Shown here piece by piece: positions 21,298 through 33,141 of a stretch of 61,990 nucleotides of DNA. Every line of letters begins with the position of its first letter. The stretch's first letter is position 1. The stretch spans positions 7,054-69,043 of the forward strand of contig CAZMDJ010000003.1 in assembly GCA_964565165.1 (NCBI GenBank), written 5' to 3'. The notes under the pieces are model-generated. The model was given only the letters and a program-made list of their open reading frames with translations, searched no databases and had not been told where the DNA came from. A program made the position numbers and the translations under genes. The DNA is from an uncultured Actinomycetes bacterium. Lineage in GTDB: Bacteria > Actinomycetota > Actinomycetes > Nanopelagicales > Nanopelagicaceae.

Positions 21298-22131
21298 TTA
21301 TCGATTCTTATTCGATTTACGACGACGGACAATTAGCTGATCTGACGCCTTCTTCTTACGAGTGCGCTTCTCAGGCTTACCCCAAGGTGAAACTGGGTGA
21401 CGTCCACCAGAGGTACGACCTTCACCACCACCGTGTGGGTGATCAACTGGGTTCATAACAACACCGCGAACGGTTGGGCGGATGCCCTTCCAACGGTTAC
21501 GTCCAGCTTTTCCAAGATTGATATTTGATTGCTCTGCGTTTCCGACTTCACCGATTGTTGCGCGGCAACGAACATCCACGTTACGGATTTCGCCAGAAGG
21601 CATACGAAGCTGTGCCATTGAACCTTCTTTAGCAACAAGCTGTACTGATGCACCTGCAGAACGTGCAATCTTTGCACCGCCACCTGGGCGAAGTTCGATT
21701 GCGTGAACAACGGTACCTACAGGGATATTACGAAGTGGCAAGTTATTGCCAGGCTTGATATCTGCCTTTGGTCCGTTTTCGATTACATCGCCCTGCTGCA
21801 ATTTATTTGGAGCAATGATGTAACGCTTCTCGCCATCTGCGTAATGCAGAAGCGCAATGCGTGATGTGCGATTTGGATCGTATTCGATATGTGCAACCTT
21901 TGCAGTGATGCCATCCTTATCGTTACGAAGGAAATCAATTAGACGGTATGCGCGCTTGTGACCGCCACCTTGGTGACGAACTGTTACGCGACCTGATGCG
22001 TTACGACCACCCTTTGAATGAAGTGGACGAACTAGTGACTTCTCAGGTGTGGTGCGTGTGATTTCTTTGAAATCAGCAACAGATGCACCGCGACTACTTG
22101 GAGTCACTGGCTTCAATTTACGAAGTGCCAT
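21298..22131 (-). CDS. rplB: 50S ribosomal protein L2
   Basis: The 277-aa ORF contains [23 protein letters not shown]. Confidence 0.98.
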   Translation of the reverse strand: MALRKLKPVTPSSRGASVADFKEITRTTPEKSLVRPLHSKGGRNASGRVTVRHQGGGHKRAYRLIDFLRNDKDGITAKVAHIEYDPNRTSRIALLHYADGEKRYIIAPNKLQQGDVIENGPKADIKPGNNLPLRNIPVGTVVHAIELRPGGGAKIARSAGASVQLVAKEGSMAQLRMPSGEIRNVDVRCRATIGEVGNAEQSNINLGKAGRNRWKGIRPTVRGVVMNPVDHPHGGGEGRTSGGRHPVSPWGKPEKRTRKKKASDQLIVRRRKSNKNR

Positions 22132-22155
22132 TTTTTATCCTCTCACCAGTTTCAA

Positions 22156-22449
22156 TTAAGAAACTGGGCCTCCAAAGATGTCGATGCGCTGACCAGCTGC
22201 AACCTTGACGATTGCGCGCTTTGTGTCCTTGCGCTTACCAATACCGAAACGTGTACGAAGTGACTTACCTTCGCGGTTAAGGGTGTTTACAGAAACAACC
22301 TTTACGTTAAATACCTTCTCAACTGCAATCTTGATTTCAGTCTTATTTGCATCTGGTGCAACGATGAAGGTGTACTTGTTCTGATCTAGCAAGCTGTATG
22401 ACTTCTCAGATACAACTGGCGCGATCAATACGTCGCGATGGTCTTTCAT
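22156..22449 (-). CDS. rplW: 50S ribosomal protein L23
   Basis: The 97-aa ORF contains [40 protein letters not shown]. Confidence 0.96.
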   Translation of the reverse strand: MKDHRDVLIAPVVSEKSYSLLDQNKYTFIVAPDANKTEIKIAVEKVFNVKVVSVNTLNREGKSLRTRFGIGKRKDTKRAIVKVAAGQRIDIFGGPVS

Positions 22450-23120
22450 GCGTTCACCTCTTCGCCTTCACGAGCAACAGCCTTAGCGCCCTTGCCCTTT
22501 GCGCTGCCATTTAGAAGATCCTTGATTGCTGCATCTGTGAACACAACATCATCTGACTTCAAAACGTCATATGCATTTAACTGATCAGGAACTAGCAAGT
22601 GCACGTTGTCTGCATTGCGAAGTGAACGCCATGCAACATCTTCTGTGCGAGCTAGAACAACTAGAAGATTCTTACGATCGCTGAACTGACGAGCAGCTGC
22701 GATTGCAGACTTTGTATTTGGGTTTGCACCAAATGCATCAAGAACGTGAATACGTTCGTTGCGCTGACGATCTGAAAGAACTCCTGCAAGAGCAGCCTTG
22801 ATCATCTTCTTTGGTGTGCGCTGTGCGTAATCGCGTGGGCGAACTGCGTGTGCAGCGCCACCACCACGGTGAAGTGGTGAGCGAACAGAACCCTGACGCG
22901 CACGTCCGGTTCCCTTCTGCTTGAAAGGCTTCTTACCTGAACCAGAAGTTTCGCCGCGGTTCTTTGCTTTCTGTGAACCCTGACGAGCAGCTGCAAGTTG
23001 TGCAGTTACTACCTGGTGAATAAGTGGAACGTTTGTCTGTGCATCGAAAAGTTCTGCTGGAAGATCAACGCTTCCAACTTTCTTTCCTGCTGCATCTTTA
23101 ACATCAATATTTAGTGACAT
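22446..23120 (-). CDS. rplD: 50S ribosomal protein L4
   Basis: The 224-aa ORF contains [19 protein letters not shown]. Confidence 0.96.
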   Translation of the reverse strand: MSLNIDVKDAAGKKVGSVDLPAELFDAQTNVPLIHQVVTAQLAAARQGSQKAKNRGETSGSGKKPFKQKGTGRARQGSVRSPLHRGGGAAHAVRPRDYAQRTPKKMIKAALAGVLSDRQRNERIHVLDAFGANPNTKSAIAAARQFSDRKNLLVVLARTEDVAWRSLRNADNVHLLVPDQLNAYDVLKSDDVVFTDAAIKDLLNGSAKGKGAKAVAREGEEVNA

Positions 23121-23121
23121 G

Positions 23122-23805
23122 TTATGCGTTCACCTCTTCAACCATTGCCTTCTTCGCTGCAGAGCGAACAAATACCAAACCACCGTCTGGACCTGGGACT
23201 GCACCCTTAATAAGAATCAAGTTACGATCCTTATCAATTGCGTGAACAGTTAAGTTCTGTGTTGTTACACGATCAGAACCCATAACACCGGCCATACGAA
23301 GACCCTTAAATACGCGACCAGGTGTAGCGCAAGCGCCGATTGAACCTGGCATACGGTGCTTCTTATCAACACCGTGTGATGCTCCGATACCACCGAAACC
23401 ATGGCGCTTCATAACACCAGCAGTTCCCTTACCGATTGTGGTTCCGGTTGCGTCAATAATTTCTCCAGCTTCGAAAACATCAGCGCCAAGTTCTTGGCCA
23501 ACTGTGTAAGAAGCTGCATTTAGCGTGCGTAGCTCTGCAACTGAACGACGTGGTGTAACACCAGCCTTTGCAAAGTGACCAGCCTGTGGCTTTGTAACCT
23601 TCTTAGGATCGATTGCACCAAATGCAATCTGAACAGCTGAGTAGCCATCCTTTTCAGGTGTACGGATCTGTGTAACTACGCATGGACCAGCTTCAATTAC
23701 TGTTACTGGAACAATTCGATTATTTGAGTCGAATACCTGAGTCATACCTAGTTTCTTACCTAGGACGCCCTTGATAGACGAGCCATAGCTTTGTGTGTTT
23801 TTCAT
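23122..23805 (-). CDS. rplC: 50S ribosomal protein L3
   Basis: The 227-aa ORF contains [30 protein letters not shown]. Confidence 0.97.
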   Translation of the reverse strand: MKNTQSYGSSIKGVLGKKLGMTQVFDSNNRIVPVTVIEAGPCVVTQIRTPEKDGYSAVQIAFGAIDPKKVTKPQAGHFAKAGVTPRRSVAELRTLNAASYTVGQELGADVFEAGEIIDATGTTIGKGTAGVMKRHGFGGIGASHGVDKKHRMPGSIGACATPGRVFKGLRMAGVMGSDRVTTQNLTVHAIDKDRNLILIKGAVPGPDGGLVFVRSAAKKAMVEEVNA

Positions 23806-23824
23806 TTTCGGTTCGTCCTTTCTC

Positions 23825-24133
23825 TTAGAGCTTGATCTCGATATCGACGCCTGCTGGCAAATCGAGGCGCATCAATGAATCCACTGTCTTTGGTGTTGGA
23901 TCGATGATGTCGATCAAACGCTTGTGGGTGCGCATTTCGAAGTGCTCGCGGCTGTCCTTGTACTTATGTGGAGAGCGAATAACACAGTATGTGTTCTTCT
24001 CTGTTGGTAGCGGAACTGGACCTGCGACAGTTGCACCTGTGCGCTCAACAGTTTCGACAATCTTCTTTGCCGAAGTGTCAATCACCTCATGGTCATATGC
24101 CTTGAGTCGAATGCGGATTTTCTGTCCCGCCAT
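23825..24133 (-). CDS. rpsJ: 30S ribosomal protein S10
   Basis: The 102-aa ORF begins [29 protein letters not shown]. Confidence 0.98.
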   Translation of the reverse strand: MAGQKIRIRLKAYDHEVIDTSAKKIVETVERTGATVAGPVPLPTEKNTYCVIRSPHKYKDSREHFEMRTHKRLIDIIDPTPKTVDSLMRLDLPAGVDIEIKL

Positions 24134-24184
24134 TTTGTGCTCTCTTTCTTCTTTTTTAAAATCTTTATTTAAATTTTTGAAGTT

Positions 24185-24214
24185 TTAAGTGGCCGGCCGT
24201 AACCGGCCACTTAA
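24185..24214 (-). terminator. GC-rich hairpin downstream of tuf (terminator or attenuator before the S10 operon)
   Basis: ttaagtggccgg (24185-24196) and ccggccacttaa (24203-24214) form a perfect 12-bp stem with a 6-nt loop. There is no clean U-tract on the minus strand; the T-run lies on the plus side. Confidence 0.5.
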
Positions 24215-24245
24215 CGACTTCTTTATTCTTTTTTTACTACTGGTA

Positions 24246-25439
24246 TTACTTGGTGATCTTTGTAACGCGACCTGCACCAACTGTGCGGCCACCTTCGCGG
24301 ATAGCGAACTTCAGACCTTCTTCCATCGCAATTGGCTGAATTAGCACAACTGAGATGTCAGTGTTATCGCCAGGCATAACCATTTCGGTGCCTGATGGAA
24401 GTGTTACAACACCAGTTACGTCAGTTGTACGGAAGTAGAACTGTGGACGGTAGTTGTTAAAGAATGGAGTGTGGCGTCCGCCTTCATCCTTTGAAAGGAT
24501 GTAAACAGAAGCTGAGAACTCTGTGTGTGGTGTGATTGAACCAGGCTTGCAAACAACCTGACCGCGCTCAACATCTTCACGCTTTGTTCCGCGAAGTAGT
24601 AGACCAACGTTCTCGCCAGCCTGACCTTCGTCAAGAAGTTTACGGAACATTTCAACGCCAGTAACAGTTGTCTTCTGTGAAGCTTCCTTGATACCAACGA
24701 TTTCAACTTCTTCGTTAACCTTGACGATACCGCGCTCGATACGACCGGTGATAACAGTTCCACGACCTGTGATTGTGAAAACGTCTTCAACTGGCATCAA
24801 GAATGGCTTATCAACATCACGTGCAGGTGTTGGGATGTAATCATCAACAGCTGTCATAAGTTCCATGATTGAGTCAACCCACTTAGCGTCGCCTTCTAGA
24901 GCCTTAAGAGCTGAGATGCGAACGATAGGTGTGTCATCGCCTGGGAATTCGTACTTAGATAGAAGTTCGCGAACTTCCATTTCAACTAGTTCAAGAATTT
25001 CTGCATCATCAACCATGTCTGACTTGTTTAGAGCAACAACGATTGATGGAACGCCAACCTGACGAGCAAGAAGCACGTGCTCCTTGGTCTGTGGCATTGG
25101 ACCGTCTGTAGCAGCAACTACAAGAATTGCGCCGTCCATCTGAGCTGCACCAGTGATCATGTTCTTGATGTAGTCAGCGTGACCTGGGCAGTCAACGTGC
25201 GCGTAGTGGCGCTTTTCGGTCTGGTATTCGATGTGCGCGATCGAGATGGTGATACCACGCTGACGCTCTTCTGGCGCCTTATCGATCTGATCGAATGGTG
25301 TGAATGGGTTTACATCTGGGTACTTCTCGTGCAACACCTTTGAGATCGCCGCAGTAAGAGTTGTCTTACCGTGGTCGATGTGACCAATGGTTCCGATGTT
25401 GACGTGTGGTTTGGTTCGTTCGAACTTTGCCTTTGCCAC
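24246..25439 (-). CDS. tuf: elongation factor Tu
   Basis: The 397-aa ORF begins [31 protein letters not shown]. Confidence 0.99.
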   Translation of the reverse strand: MAKAKFERTKPHVNIGTIGHIDHGKTTLTAAISKVLHEKYPDVNPFTPFDQIDKAPEERQRGITISIAHIEYQTEKRHYAHVDCPGHADYIKNMITGAAQMDGAILVVAATDGPMPQTKEHVLLARQVGVPSIVVALNKSDMVDDAEILELVEMEVRELLSKYEFPGDDTPIVRISALKALEGDAKWVDSIMELMTAVDDYIPTPARDVDKPFLMPVEDVFTITGRGTVITGRIERGIVKVNEEVEIVGIKEASQKTTVTGVEMFRKLLDEGQAGENVGLLLRGTKREDVERGQVVCKPGSITPHTEFSASVYILSKDEGGRHTPFFNNYRPQFYFRTTDVTGVVTLPSGTEMVMPGDNTDISVVLIQPIAMEEGLKFAIREGGRTVGAGRVTKITK

Positions 25440-25506
25440 TTTGGTTCCTCTTTCTTATGAGTGCTTTTTAGTTATTAGGGATTTGGTTCTTTGTTACTTA
25501 TTAGGG

Positions 25507-27603
25507 TTATTCGCCGCGTACTTTCGCAATGATTTCCTTTGACACTGCTGCAGGAACTTCTGCATAGGTCTCGAATTCCATTGAGTAGCTTGCGCGGCCT
25601 TGTGTTCTGCTTCGAAGATCGCCGACATAGCCGAACATCTCCGATAGTGGAACTAGCGCCCTAACAACGCGGGCACCTGACCGCTCATCCATGGCCTGAA
25701 TTTGGCCACGACGACTATTTAGATCGCCGATGACATCACCCATGAAATCTTCAGGAGTGGTGACTTCAACTTTCATAACTGGTTCTAGCAAAACAGGACC
25801 AGCAAGTTTTGCTGCTTCCTTAAATGCTGCGATACCAGCAATCTTGAAGGCCAATTCAGATGAGTCAACATCGTGATAGGCGCCGTCAAGAAGAGTTACA
25901 CGTACATCTGTAAGTGGGAAGCCAGCAAGAGGACCTGCCTGCATTGCTTCTTGGCATCCATCGTCAACTGAAGGGATGTACTCCTTCGGAACGCGTCCAC
26001 CTGTAATTTTATTTACGAATTCATAGCCCTTTTCATTTTCGCCAGGTTGTAGTGGCTCAAGAGCAATTTGAATCTTCGCGAATTGACCAGAACCACCTGA
26101 TTGCTTCTTGTGGGTGTAGTCGTGGCGCGCAACTGGCTTGCGAAGTGTTTCGCGGAATGCAACCTGTGGCTTACCAACGTTCGCTTCAACTTTAAATTCG
26201 CGCTTCATACGATCAACAAGAATTTCAAGGTGAAGTTCGCCCATACCAGCGATGATTGTCTGACCTGTTTCTTCATCAGTCTTAACGCGGAATGTTGGAT
26301 CTTCTTCTGCAAGACGCTGAATCGCAATACCAAGTTTTTCCTGGTCGCCCTTTGTCTTAGGTTCAATCGCAACTTCGATAACTGGATTTGGGAATTCCAT
26401 TGATTCAAGAATTACCGGCTTATCAGTATCGCAAAGAGTCTCGCCAGTTGTGGTGTCCTTAAGACCCATAACCGCGCAGATCATGCCTGCGGTTGCCTCT
26501 TCGATTTCTTCGCGCTTGTTAGCGTGCATCTGATAAATCTTGCCGATACGTTCCTTGCGATCCTTATTTGAGTTAAGAACTGCAGAGCTGGTCTTCATTA
26601 CGCCTGAATAAACGCGGATAAATGTCAGCTTACCTAGGTGGGGATCTGTCATGATCTTGAATGCAAGAGCTGACATTGGTTCGTCATTGCTTGGCTTACG
26701 TGTTACTTCGATTGAAGAATCTGCAACGTTATGGCCAACAATCGCATCAACATCTAGAGGTGATGGAAGGTAACGAACCACAGCATCAAGCATTGGCTGA
26801 ACACCCTTGTTCTTAAAAGCAGAACCAGTTAGAACTGGAACAGCCTTTGCAGCAAGAGTTGCACGACGAATACCTGCGATGATTTCAGCTTCTGAAAGTT
26901 CAGCACCTTCAAGGTACTTCTCCATGATCTGATCATCAGATTCTGCAAGTGTTTCTAAGAATTCATGGCGAGCCTTTTCAGCTGCTTCTTTTAGATTAGC
27001 TGGAATCTCTTCGATTACGTAATCTTCGCCCTTCTTTGTTTCGCCTGGCCATACAAGAGCCTTCATTGCGATTAGATCAACAACGCCCTGGAAGTCACCT
27101 TCAAGACCAATTGGAATCTGAAGTACAAGAGCAGTTGCGTTAAGACGTGAACGAATCATGCCAACGCACATATCAAAGTTTGCACCGGTACGGTCTAACT
27201 TGTTTACGAAGCAGATACGTGGAACTGAATACTTATCAGCTTGACGCCAAACAGTTTCTGATTGTGGTTCTACACCAGCAACACCATCGAACACAGCAAC
27301 TGCACCATCAAGAACACGAAGTGAACGTTCTACTTCAACTGTGAAGTCAACGTGGCCAGGTGTATCAATGATGTTGATTGTGTGATCTTTCCAAGCACAG
27401 GTTGTAGCAGCAGAGGTAATGGTGATACCGCGCTCTTGTTCCTGCTCCATCCAGTCCATGGTTGCAGCACCTTCGTGAACTTCACCGATCTTGTAGTTGA
27501 TACCGGTGTAGAAAAGGATGCGCTCGGTTGTGGTGGTCTTACCCGCGTCGATGTGCGCCATGATTCCAATGTTGCGCACCTTGGCTAGGTCTAGTGTTGC
27601 CAC
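25507..27603 (-). CDS. fusA: elongation factor G
   Basis: The 698-aa ORF contains [26 protein letters not shown]. Confidence 0.99.
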   Translation of the reverse strand: MATLDLAKVRNIGIMAHIDAGKTTTTERILFYTGINYKIGEVHEGAATMDWMEQEQERGITITSAATTCAWKDHTINIIDTPGHVDFTVEVERSLRVLDGAVAVFDGVAGVEPQSETVWRQADKYSVPRICFVNKLDRTGANFDMCVGMIRSRLNATALVLQIPIGLEGDFQGVVDLIAMKALVWPGETKKGEDYVIEEIPANLKEAAEKARHEFLETLAESDDQIMEKYLEGAELSEAEIIAGIRRATLAAKAVPVLTGSAFKNKGVQPMLDAVVRYLPSPLDVDAIVGHNVADSSIEVTRKPSNDEPMSALAFKIMTDPHLGKLTFIRVYSGVMKTSSAVLNSNKDRKERIGKIYQMHANKREEIEEATAGMICAVMGLKDTTTGETLCDTDKPVILESMEFPNPVIEVAIEPKTKGDQEKLGIAIQRLAEEDPTFRVKTDEETGQTIIAGMGELHLEILVDRMKREFKVEANVGKPQVAFRETLRKPVARHDYTHKKQSGGSGQFAKIQIALEPLQPGENEKGYEFVNKITGGRVPKEYIPSVDDGCQEAMQAGPLAGFPLTDVRVTLLDGAYHDVDSSELAFKIAGIAAFKEAAKLAGPVLLEPVMKVEVTTPEDFMGDVIGDLNSRRGQIQAMDERSGARVVRALVPLSEMFGYVGDLRSRTQGRASYSMEFETYAEVPAAVSKEIIAKVRGE

Positions 27604-27641
27604 TTTATATCTTCCTTATCTCTTCTTTAATTCTTCAATAA

Positions 27642-28112
27642 TTACCAGCGGTAGTGAGCAAACGCCTTGTTTGCATCCGCCATCTTGTGTGTATCTTCGC
27701 GACGCTTAACAGCAGCACCAAGGCCATTGCTTGCATCAATTAGCTCGTTTGTAAGACGTTCTGCCATTGACTTTTCGCGACGTGCGCGTGAGAAATCAAC
27801 TAACCAACGTAGAGCAAGAGTTGTTGCGCGACCTGACTTAACTTCAACAGGCACCTGGTATGTAGCTCCACCAACGCGACGAGACTTAACTTCGATCTGT
27901 GGCTTGATGTTATCTAGTGCGCGCTTAAGTGTGATGATTGGATCAACTTGTGTTTTTTCGCGAATGTTTTCCATTGCTGCATAAACAATTGCTTCAGCTG
28001 TTGAACGCTTGCCGTGCAAAAGAATCTTATTGATTAGCGCGGTAACAATTGGTGAGTTATAAACTGGATCAGCAATAACTGGTGACTTAACTGCAGGACC
28101 TTTACGTGGCAT
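27642..28112 (-). CDS. rpsG: 30S ribosomal protein S7
   Basis: The 156-aa ORF begins [29 protein letters not shown]. Confidence 0.98.
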   Translation of the reverse strand: MPRKGPAVKSPVIADPVYNSPIVTALINKILLHGKRSTAEAIVYAAMENIREKTQVDPIITLKRALDNIKPQIEVKSRRVGGATYQVPVEVKSGRATTLALRWLVDFSRARREKSMAERLTNELIDASNGLGAAVKRREDTHKMADANKAFAHYRW

Positions 28113-28492
28113 TAGCTGGCCTTCTTCTCTCGCTTAGCACCGTAACGTGAACGTGCTTGCTTACGGTTCTTAACACCTTGTGTATCAAGTGAACCGCGAA
28201 TGATCTTGTAACGAACACCTGGTAGATCTTTAACACGACCACCGCGAACAAGAACGATGGAGTGCTCTTGTAAGTTGTGACCTTCGCCAGGAATGTATGC
28301 AGAAACTTCCATGCCACTTGTTAAGCGAACACGTGCAACTTTACGAAGTGCAGAGTTCGGCTTCTTTGGTGTTGTTGTGTAAACACGTGTGCAAACACCG
28401 CGACGTTGTGGACTACCTTTTAGTGCAGGTGTTTTTGTTTTGTCGCTCTTTTCAGCGCGACCACGACGCACTAACTGTTGAATCGTTGGCAT
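28112..28492 (-). CDS. rpsL: 30S ribosomal protein S12
   Basis: The 126-aa ORF begins [15 protein letters not shown] and contains [17 protein letters not shown] and [13 protein letters not shown]. Confidence 0.98.
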   Translation of the reverse strand: MPTIQQLVRRGRAEKSDKTKTPALKGSPQRRGVCTRVYTTTPKKPNSALRKVARVRLTSGMEVSAYIPGEGHNLQEHSIVLVRGGRVKDLPGVRYKIIRGSLDTQGVKNRKQARSRYGAKREKKAS

Positions 28493-28769
28493 GTTTCTCC
28501 ATCTTTGTTCGTTTTAATTTTTGTCTTTCATACAAAACTTTTCCGACCCACGCGGTCGGGTGTGTTGAACCGACTACGCAAATCTTTCGCATAAAAATCT
28601 TCATGCGAAGGAAAAGCCCTATAAAAAAGGCAGGGGTTAAGCGTAAGCGAGAGGGCTCGAATCCTCCAAATCCTGCGAATCGGAGGTCTTTTACTCCTAC
28701 CCTGCCAAAGTGGCCCGCGACACGCCGATGGGCGTGTCGGATTTTAAAGGCATGGTCTACGCTGAATTT

Positions 28770-29468
28770 ATGAGCGTACATATCAGTGCCCAGAAGGGCG
28801 AAATCTCGGACAAGATCCTCCTCCCAGGAGACCCTCTCCGAGCTAAGTGGGTGGCCGAAAACTGGCTTACCGATGTCAAGCAATTTAACGCCGTCCGAAA
28901 CATGTTTGGCTTTACCGGCCTACATAAGGGTGAGCGAATCTCAGTTATGGGCACCGGAATGGGCCTTCCATCGATTTCGATCTATGTAACCGAGCTTTTT
29001 AACGAATATGACGTCCAAAAGGCGATCCGTATCGGTACCGCTGGCGGTATTCAGGACCACACCAAGGTTGGCGATGTAATTCTTGCGATGACCGCATCAA
29101 CAGATTCAAATATCAATCGCCGTTTCACCAATGGTTTGGACTTCGCACCACATGCGGACTTCCTAATGTTGCAAGCTGCATACGAAGCATCGCAGAAGCA
29201 TGGTGGCGCGCTTGTTGGTGGCGTCTCATCAATGGATTATTTCTATGATGAAACAGATGCAGCTAAGAAGTTAGTTGCACATGGTGTTCTTGCTGTTGAA
29301 ATGGAAGCTTCTGCTTTGTATTCAATCGCTGCACGAAAGAAGCGTCGCGCACTTTCAATCCTTACAGTTTCAGATCATGTCTTCACACACGAAGCTATGG
29401 ATTCTGATGCGCGCGAACGTTCTCTTAATAACATGGTTGAGATTGGCTTGACTGCTCTAAACGCGTGA
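28770..29468 (+). CDS. deoD: purine nucleoside phosphorylase, DeoD type
   Basis: From ATG 28770 the protein reads MSVHISAQKGEISDKILLPGDPLRAKWVAENWL...ISVMGTGMGLPSISIY, which is collinear with my recollection of E. coli DeoD. The track ORF starts earlier (28710). Start uncertain, with no clear SD. Confidence 0.85.
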   Translation: MSVHISAQKGEISDKILLPGDPLRAKWVAENWLTDVKQFNAVRNMFGFTGLHKGERISVMGTGMGLPSISIYVTELFNEYDVQKAIRIGTAGGIQDHTKVGDVILAMTASTDSNINRRFTNGLDFAPHADFLMLQAAYEASQKHGGALVGGVSSMDYFYDETDAAKKLVAHGVLAVEMEASALYSIAARKKRRALSILTVSDHVFTHEAMDSDARERSLNNMVEIGLTALNA

Positions 29469-31438
29469 TCCGTAAAAGATTACTCGTCGTAACTGTTTGG
29501 GTTGCGCTTGCGCTCTTTGGTTTTTATGCAAGCGCAAATATCAACTCGTTGTTAACAACTTCAATAACAGTTCCAGGTAGTCAATCAGCTAAAGCAGATG
29601 AAGTAATTGAAAGCGCCTTTGGTGAAACCACCGAAGGCGCTTTCTCTATCTTTTATGAATACAACAAGAAGTTACCAAAAGCAGATGTAGAGGCGTTGCA
29701 AGCAAGAGTTGAAAAGGCAGTTTCAACTTTGCCCGCGCTTCATGTTGTACAGAATCGTGCAATAGGCGGTGTTTTATATGCCAATATCCAAACCCCTTAT
29801 AACCTGCAGAAAGCAGCGGATTTAACTCCCCTTCTCCGCTCTGCGCTAAAGGATGCCGGGCTAAAGAGTGTAAAAGTTTCCGGTCCACCTGCAATCAAAC
29901 ATGATGTCTCCCCTGTATTAGCCGACGACTTACAGCGCGGACAATTGGTCGCAATTCTTATCGCGTTAATCTTCTTATTTATAACTTTACGATCAATCTG
30001 GTCGATGTTAATACCAATAATTGTCGCCATCACAACTATCTCGACCTCGATCGGCATCATCTATCTATTGGCGCATAAGATGTTGATGGTTCTATATATC
30101 CCAAATATCGTAGAACTAATTGGGTTAGGCCTTGCTATTGATTACTCACTACTTATGGTGCATCGCTATAAATTAGATGGTGATATTAAAAAGACCCAGA
30201 GAACCATTTTAATTTCTGGAAGTACCGTAGCAATCGCACTTTCTACATTAATTCTGGTTCCGATTCCTTTCATTCGCTCCCTTGGAATCGCGGGCGTAAT
30301 TGTGCCACTCGTTGCAATGGCCGCAGCTACAACTCTGCAACCTGCGTTACTTTCTTACATGGGCACAGATGGAGCAAAGCCTCGCTTTGCAAGTAACCAT
30401 TTCCGTGCACTTGGCGAATTTGTAGTCAAACGTCCAGTACCGGTGCTATTAATTTCTCTGGCACTTATTGCGGTACCGATTTCACAAATTACTAAGTTAG
30501 CTGTAACTCCAAGTTCGATCTCTGCAATCCCTGAAAATCTAGAATCCGCTAAGGCGATCAAAATAGTTACCAGCCGCGCCGGCGAAGGAATCATCTCTCC
30601 GATTCAGGTTGTTGTTAACTTGCCTGAAGTTACCGATGTAAATATGGCTCGCGTAAAACTTGCTGGGGAAATTGCTGCCAATAAAGATGTCTTCACCGTT
30701 GTAACTGATCGTAAGTATGTTGATAAGAGCGGCAAAGTGCTACGTATTTTTGTCATTTCGAAGAAGGATTTAGGCGAAAGCCAGCAATTAATAAGCTTTA
30801 TTCGTGCTCTCAAAAACGACTTCCCCGCAGGCACAAAAATCTATGTAGGTGGCGCTCCAGCTCAAGGTTTTGACTTAGTCCAACGGATAAAAACCACTTT
30901 CCCTATAATTGCGATATTCGCTCTGCTCATTTCATTTGCCTTACTTCGTAGATATCTAAATTCGCTTTTGATACCTATTAAGGCGATTCTCTTAGATTTA
31001 ATCTCTATTGCCGCAGCAGTTGGTACCGTAGTTTTCTTCGCCAAAAATTATTTCTATCAGCAAGACCAGATTGAAATCTGGGTCTTGTTATTTATCTTTG
31101 CAATTCTCTTTGGACTTTCAATGGATTATGAAGTCTTCATCGTCTCCAGAATGCGCGAAAGTTACTTGGAACATAAAGATAATAACCGCGCAGTTATCGA
31201 AGGGTTAGCCAATACCGGAGGTGTAGTAACTACCGCTGCCATAGTTATGGTGGGTGCGCTAACTGGATTTATCACAGGCCACTTTGCCGGGCTACAAGAA
31301 CTTGGTGTTGGATTAATTGCAGGTATTGCACTTGATGCCACAATCATCCGAATGCTTCTACTTCCAGCAACGATGGTTTTACTCGGTAAATGGAATTGGT
31401 CCCACCCCCGCTTTCGCGGGAGTAGGACCAACTTTTAA
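29465..31438 (+). CDS. MMPL/RND-superfamily membrane transporter
   Basis: The 657-aa ORF has two blocks of about 5-6 TM helices, each preceded by a soluble loop. It contains GLAIDYSLLMVHRY and GLSMDYEVFIVSRMRE motifs, typical of MMPL proteins. The GTG start overlaps the deoD stop (GTGA). Confidence 0.8.
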   Translation: MIRKRLLVVTVWVALALFGFYASANINSLLTTSITVPGSQSAKADEVIESAFGETTEGAFSIFYEYNKKLPKADVEALQARVEKAVSTLPALHVVQNRAIGGVLYANIQTPYNLQKAADLTPLLRSALKDAGLKSVKVSGPPAIKHDVSPVLADDLQRGQLVAILIALIFLFITLRSIWSMLIPIIVAITTISTSIGIIYLLAHKMLMVLYIPNIVELIGLGLAIDYSLLMVHRYKLDGDIKKTQRTILISGSTVAIALSTLILVPIPFIRSLGIAGVIVPLVAMAAATTLQPALLSYMGTDGAKPRFASNHFRALGEFVVKRPVPVLLISLALIAVPISQITKLAVTPSSISAIPENLESAKAIKIVTSRAGEGIISPIQVVVNLPEVTDVNMARVKLAGEIAANKDVFTVVTDRKYVDKSGKVLRIFVISKKDLGESQQLISFIRALKNDFPAGTKIYVGGAPAQGFDLVQRIKTTFPIIAIFALLISFALLRRYLNSLLIPIKAILLDLISIAAAVGTVVFFAKNYFYQQDQIEIWVLLFIFAILFGLSMDYEVFIVSRMRESYLEHKDNNRAVIEGLANTGGVVTTAAIVMVGALTGFITGHFAGLQELGVGLIAGIALDATIIRMLLLPATMVLLGKWNWSHPRFRGSRTNF

Positions 31439-31457
31439 GTTAGGTTCTTAGCTTTAC

Positions 31458-33110
31458 TTACTTAACAACCTTAATTGAGAAATGAATAGCCGGTAGCTGA
31501 TATCCCAATGCAATAGCTGGATTATCATTTGCATAACTTAAAATAGGAAGCATTCCATATTGAGTGTTTGCAAATGAAGGTTGATTTGTATAAAAAAGTG
31601 GATGCAAATCAATTATATGTGTTCCTGGCTTACCGACTGCAGGGAAGTGAATAACCATATAACCATTTGAATTAAAGCCACATCCATAACCAATAAAGCT
31701 ATTGTCGTATGTAACAGCCATAGTGTTATCTAGCTGAGTCCAACCTACGCCTTTTATAGCGATAGTTACTTCTTCGCCGGCTTTAAATGTGTAAGTTGGC
31801 TTGCCTGAACCATCTCGTGATTCAGGAAGTGGAGATTTATCTGCTAGAGCTACACCTGCGGATAAAGCCTTTCCATTCTTATCTTTGTAAACAAAAATAC
31901 TTGGTTTAACGTAGAACGGAATTTGAGCCTGAATCAAGTCTCCGCTTTTAACTTGGATTACATGCCAGCCGCCTAGATTATCTGGGATAGTAACTTCAGT
32001 TGAGAGATTTCCTCCGGTTGGAGTAGCTGTTCCCATTGGCACCCCGTTGTAAACCCAACAGGTACCTGAACAATTGACTCGGTTTCCAACTACAGAAGCC
32101 CAAACTATTTGATGTGCGCCAGTTGTATATAAACCAGTGACATCAAGTTTGACTTTACTTCCTACTACTGCATTGTTTACATCTACTTTGGCAACAGCTG
32201 TAGTTTTTGGATCAACCCCTTGATTAGAAAGCGTAGTTCTAAAATCGGTGGAAGGTGTTACAACTTGAGGGTATTCGATTGAGGAAGGAATCAATCCATT
32301 ATCTTTCGTAACTTTAAATGGCAACATTCCGCCTTTTGAATAGGGCACTGGGGATTGTTTTAAGTTCATATACTGAACACCGATTCCATCGGCTGCAGTT
32401 ACATAATGTGTGCCTATTTCACCTGCTGCTCGAATTTTGAATTCAGCCGTTCCACGTGTCCAAACCGCCTGGGCTTCTCCCACGTAACCGTTATCCCACA
32501 GGATAGAAATACCTCCTGTATAAAGAGTTGAACCGATTCCTGTGTATTTAATAGTTATTGGAGTACCAACAGGACCGCTGGATGGTGACATCGTAAATTT
32601 TGGATTCGTTTGGAATCCGCCTTTAGCAACGGCGGAACCATTGACCACTGCATAAATATCATGTGGTCCACCAAAATCTTCTGGCGCTTTTGTTTTAAAT
32701 ACAAACCCACCGTTTGCATCAGTCATGATTGATGCCATTTTGACTGGGTATTTAAGGTACTTAACCCCACGATAGTTAATTGAATTTGGCTGAACATCTG
32801 TCAACCATGCTCCATCTGCAGTTGACCAAGTTAAATTAACTGAAGAATTTGCTGGCAAGCCTTTTCCCGTCAACGTAAACTCTTGACCAACATAACCTTG
32901 ATTTGGTTCAGTTGTTATCATTCCTTGCAAAAGATCTGGAGTTGTGAAAGTAATTTTTTCTCCAGTGAAAGGCAGGGCAGGAACGCCTTTTAAATCTTTA
33001 GGTGCGGTCAAAGTCAGAATATTTTCTGCATCAGCCGCAATAGCAGGAGTTGCCAGGGCGGCAATTAATACTGCCGCCATGACTCCTCTTTTAATTAAAC
33101 TCTTACCCAT
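31458..33110 (-). CDS. secreted protein of unknown function with four internally repeated beta-sandwich-like modules
   Basis: The 550-aa ORF has the signal peptide MGKSLIKRGVMAAVLIAALATPAIAADA. Four modules share G-x-x-[IV]T[IL]-x-x-x-G...W/Y...G-x-H-x-[IV] (VGQEFTLTGKGL..GGPHDIYAV; VGTPITIKYTGIG..GTHYVTA; VGSKVKLDVTGL..GGWHVIQV; AGEEVTIAIKGVGW..GTHIIDL). Confidence 0.75.
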   Translation of the reverse strand: MGKSLIKRGVMAAVLIAALATPAIAADAENILTLTAPKDLKGVPALPFTGEKITFTTPDLLQGMITTEPNQGYVGQEFTLTGKGLPANSSVNLTWSTADGAWLTDVQPNSINYRGVKYLKYPVKMASIMTDANGGFVFKTKAPEDFGGPHDIYAVVNGSAVAKGGFQTNPKFTMSPSSGPVGTPITIKYTGIGSTLYTGGISILWDNGYVGEAQAVWTRGTAEFKIRAAGEIGTHYVTAADGIGVQYMNLKQSPVPYSKGGMLPFKVTKDNGLIPSSIEYPQVVTPSTDFRTTLSNQGVDPKTTAVAKVDVNNAVVGSKVKLDVTGLYTTGAHQIVWASVVGNRVNCSGTCWVYNGVPMGTATPTGGNLSTEVTIPDNLGGWHVIQVKSGDLIQAQIPFYVKPSIFVYKDKNGKALSAGVALADKSPLPESRDGSGKPTYTFKAGEEVTIAIKGVGWTQLDNTMAVTYDNSFIGYGCGFNSNGYMVIHFPAVGKPGTHIIDLHPLFYTNQPSFANTQYGMLPILSYANDNPAIALGYQLPAIHFSIKVVK

Positions 33111-33141
33111 TTTAATCTCTCCTATATATGTATTCGTTTAA

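Noticed and set aside
24134-24245. A possible S10-operon leader (L4 autoregulatory) structure and promoter between tuf and rpsJ
   Set aside because: Apart from the tuf hairpin, the spacer is very AT-rich with only weak promoter-like hexamers (TTCAAA-17-TAAAAA). I see no convincing secondary structure beyond the hairpin already listed.
28297-28883. 158-aa (+) and 143-aa (-) ORFs spanning the rpsL 5' end and the rpsL-deoD spacer
   Set aside because: They overlap rpsL and deoD in other frames, show no recognisable motifs or SD, and cross a hairpin-rich non-coding spacer.
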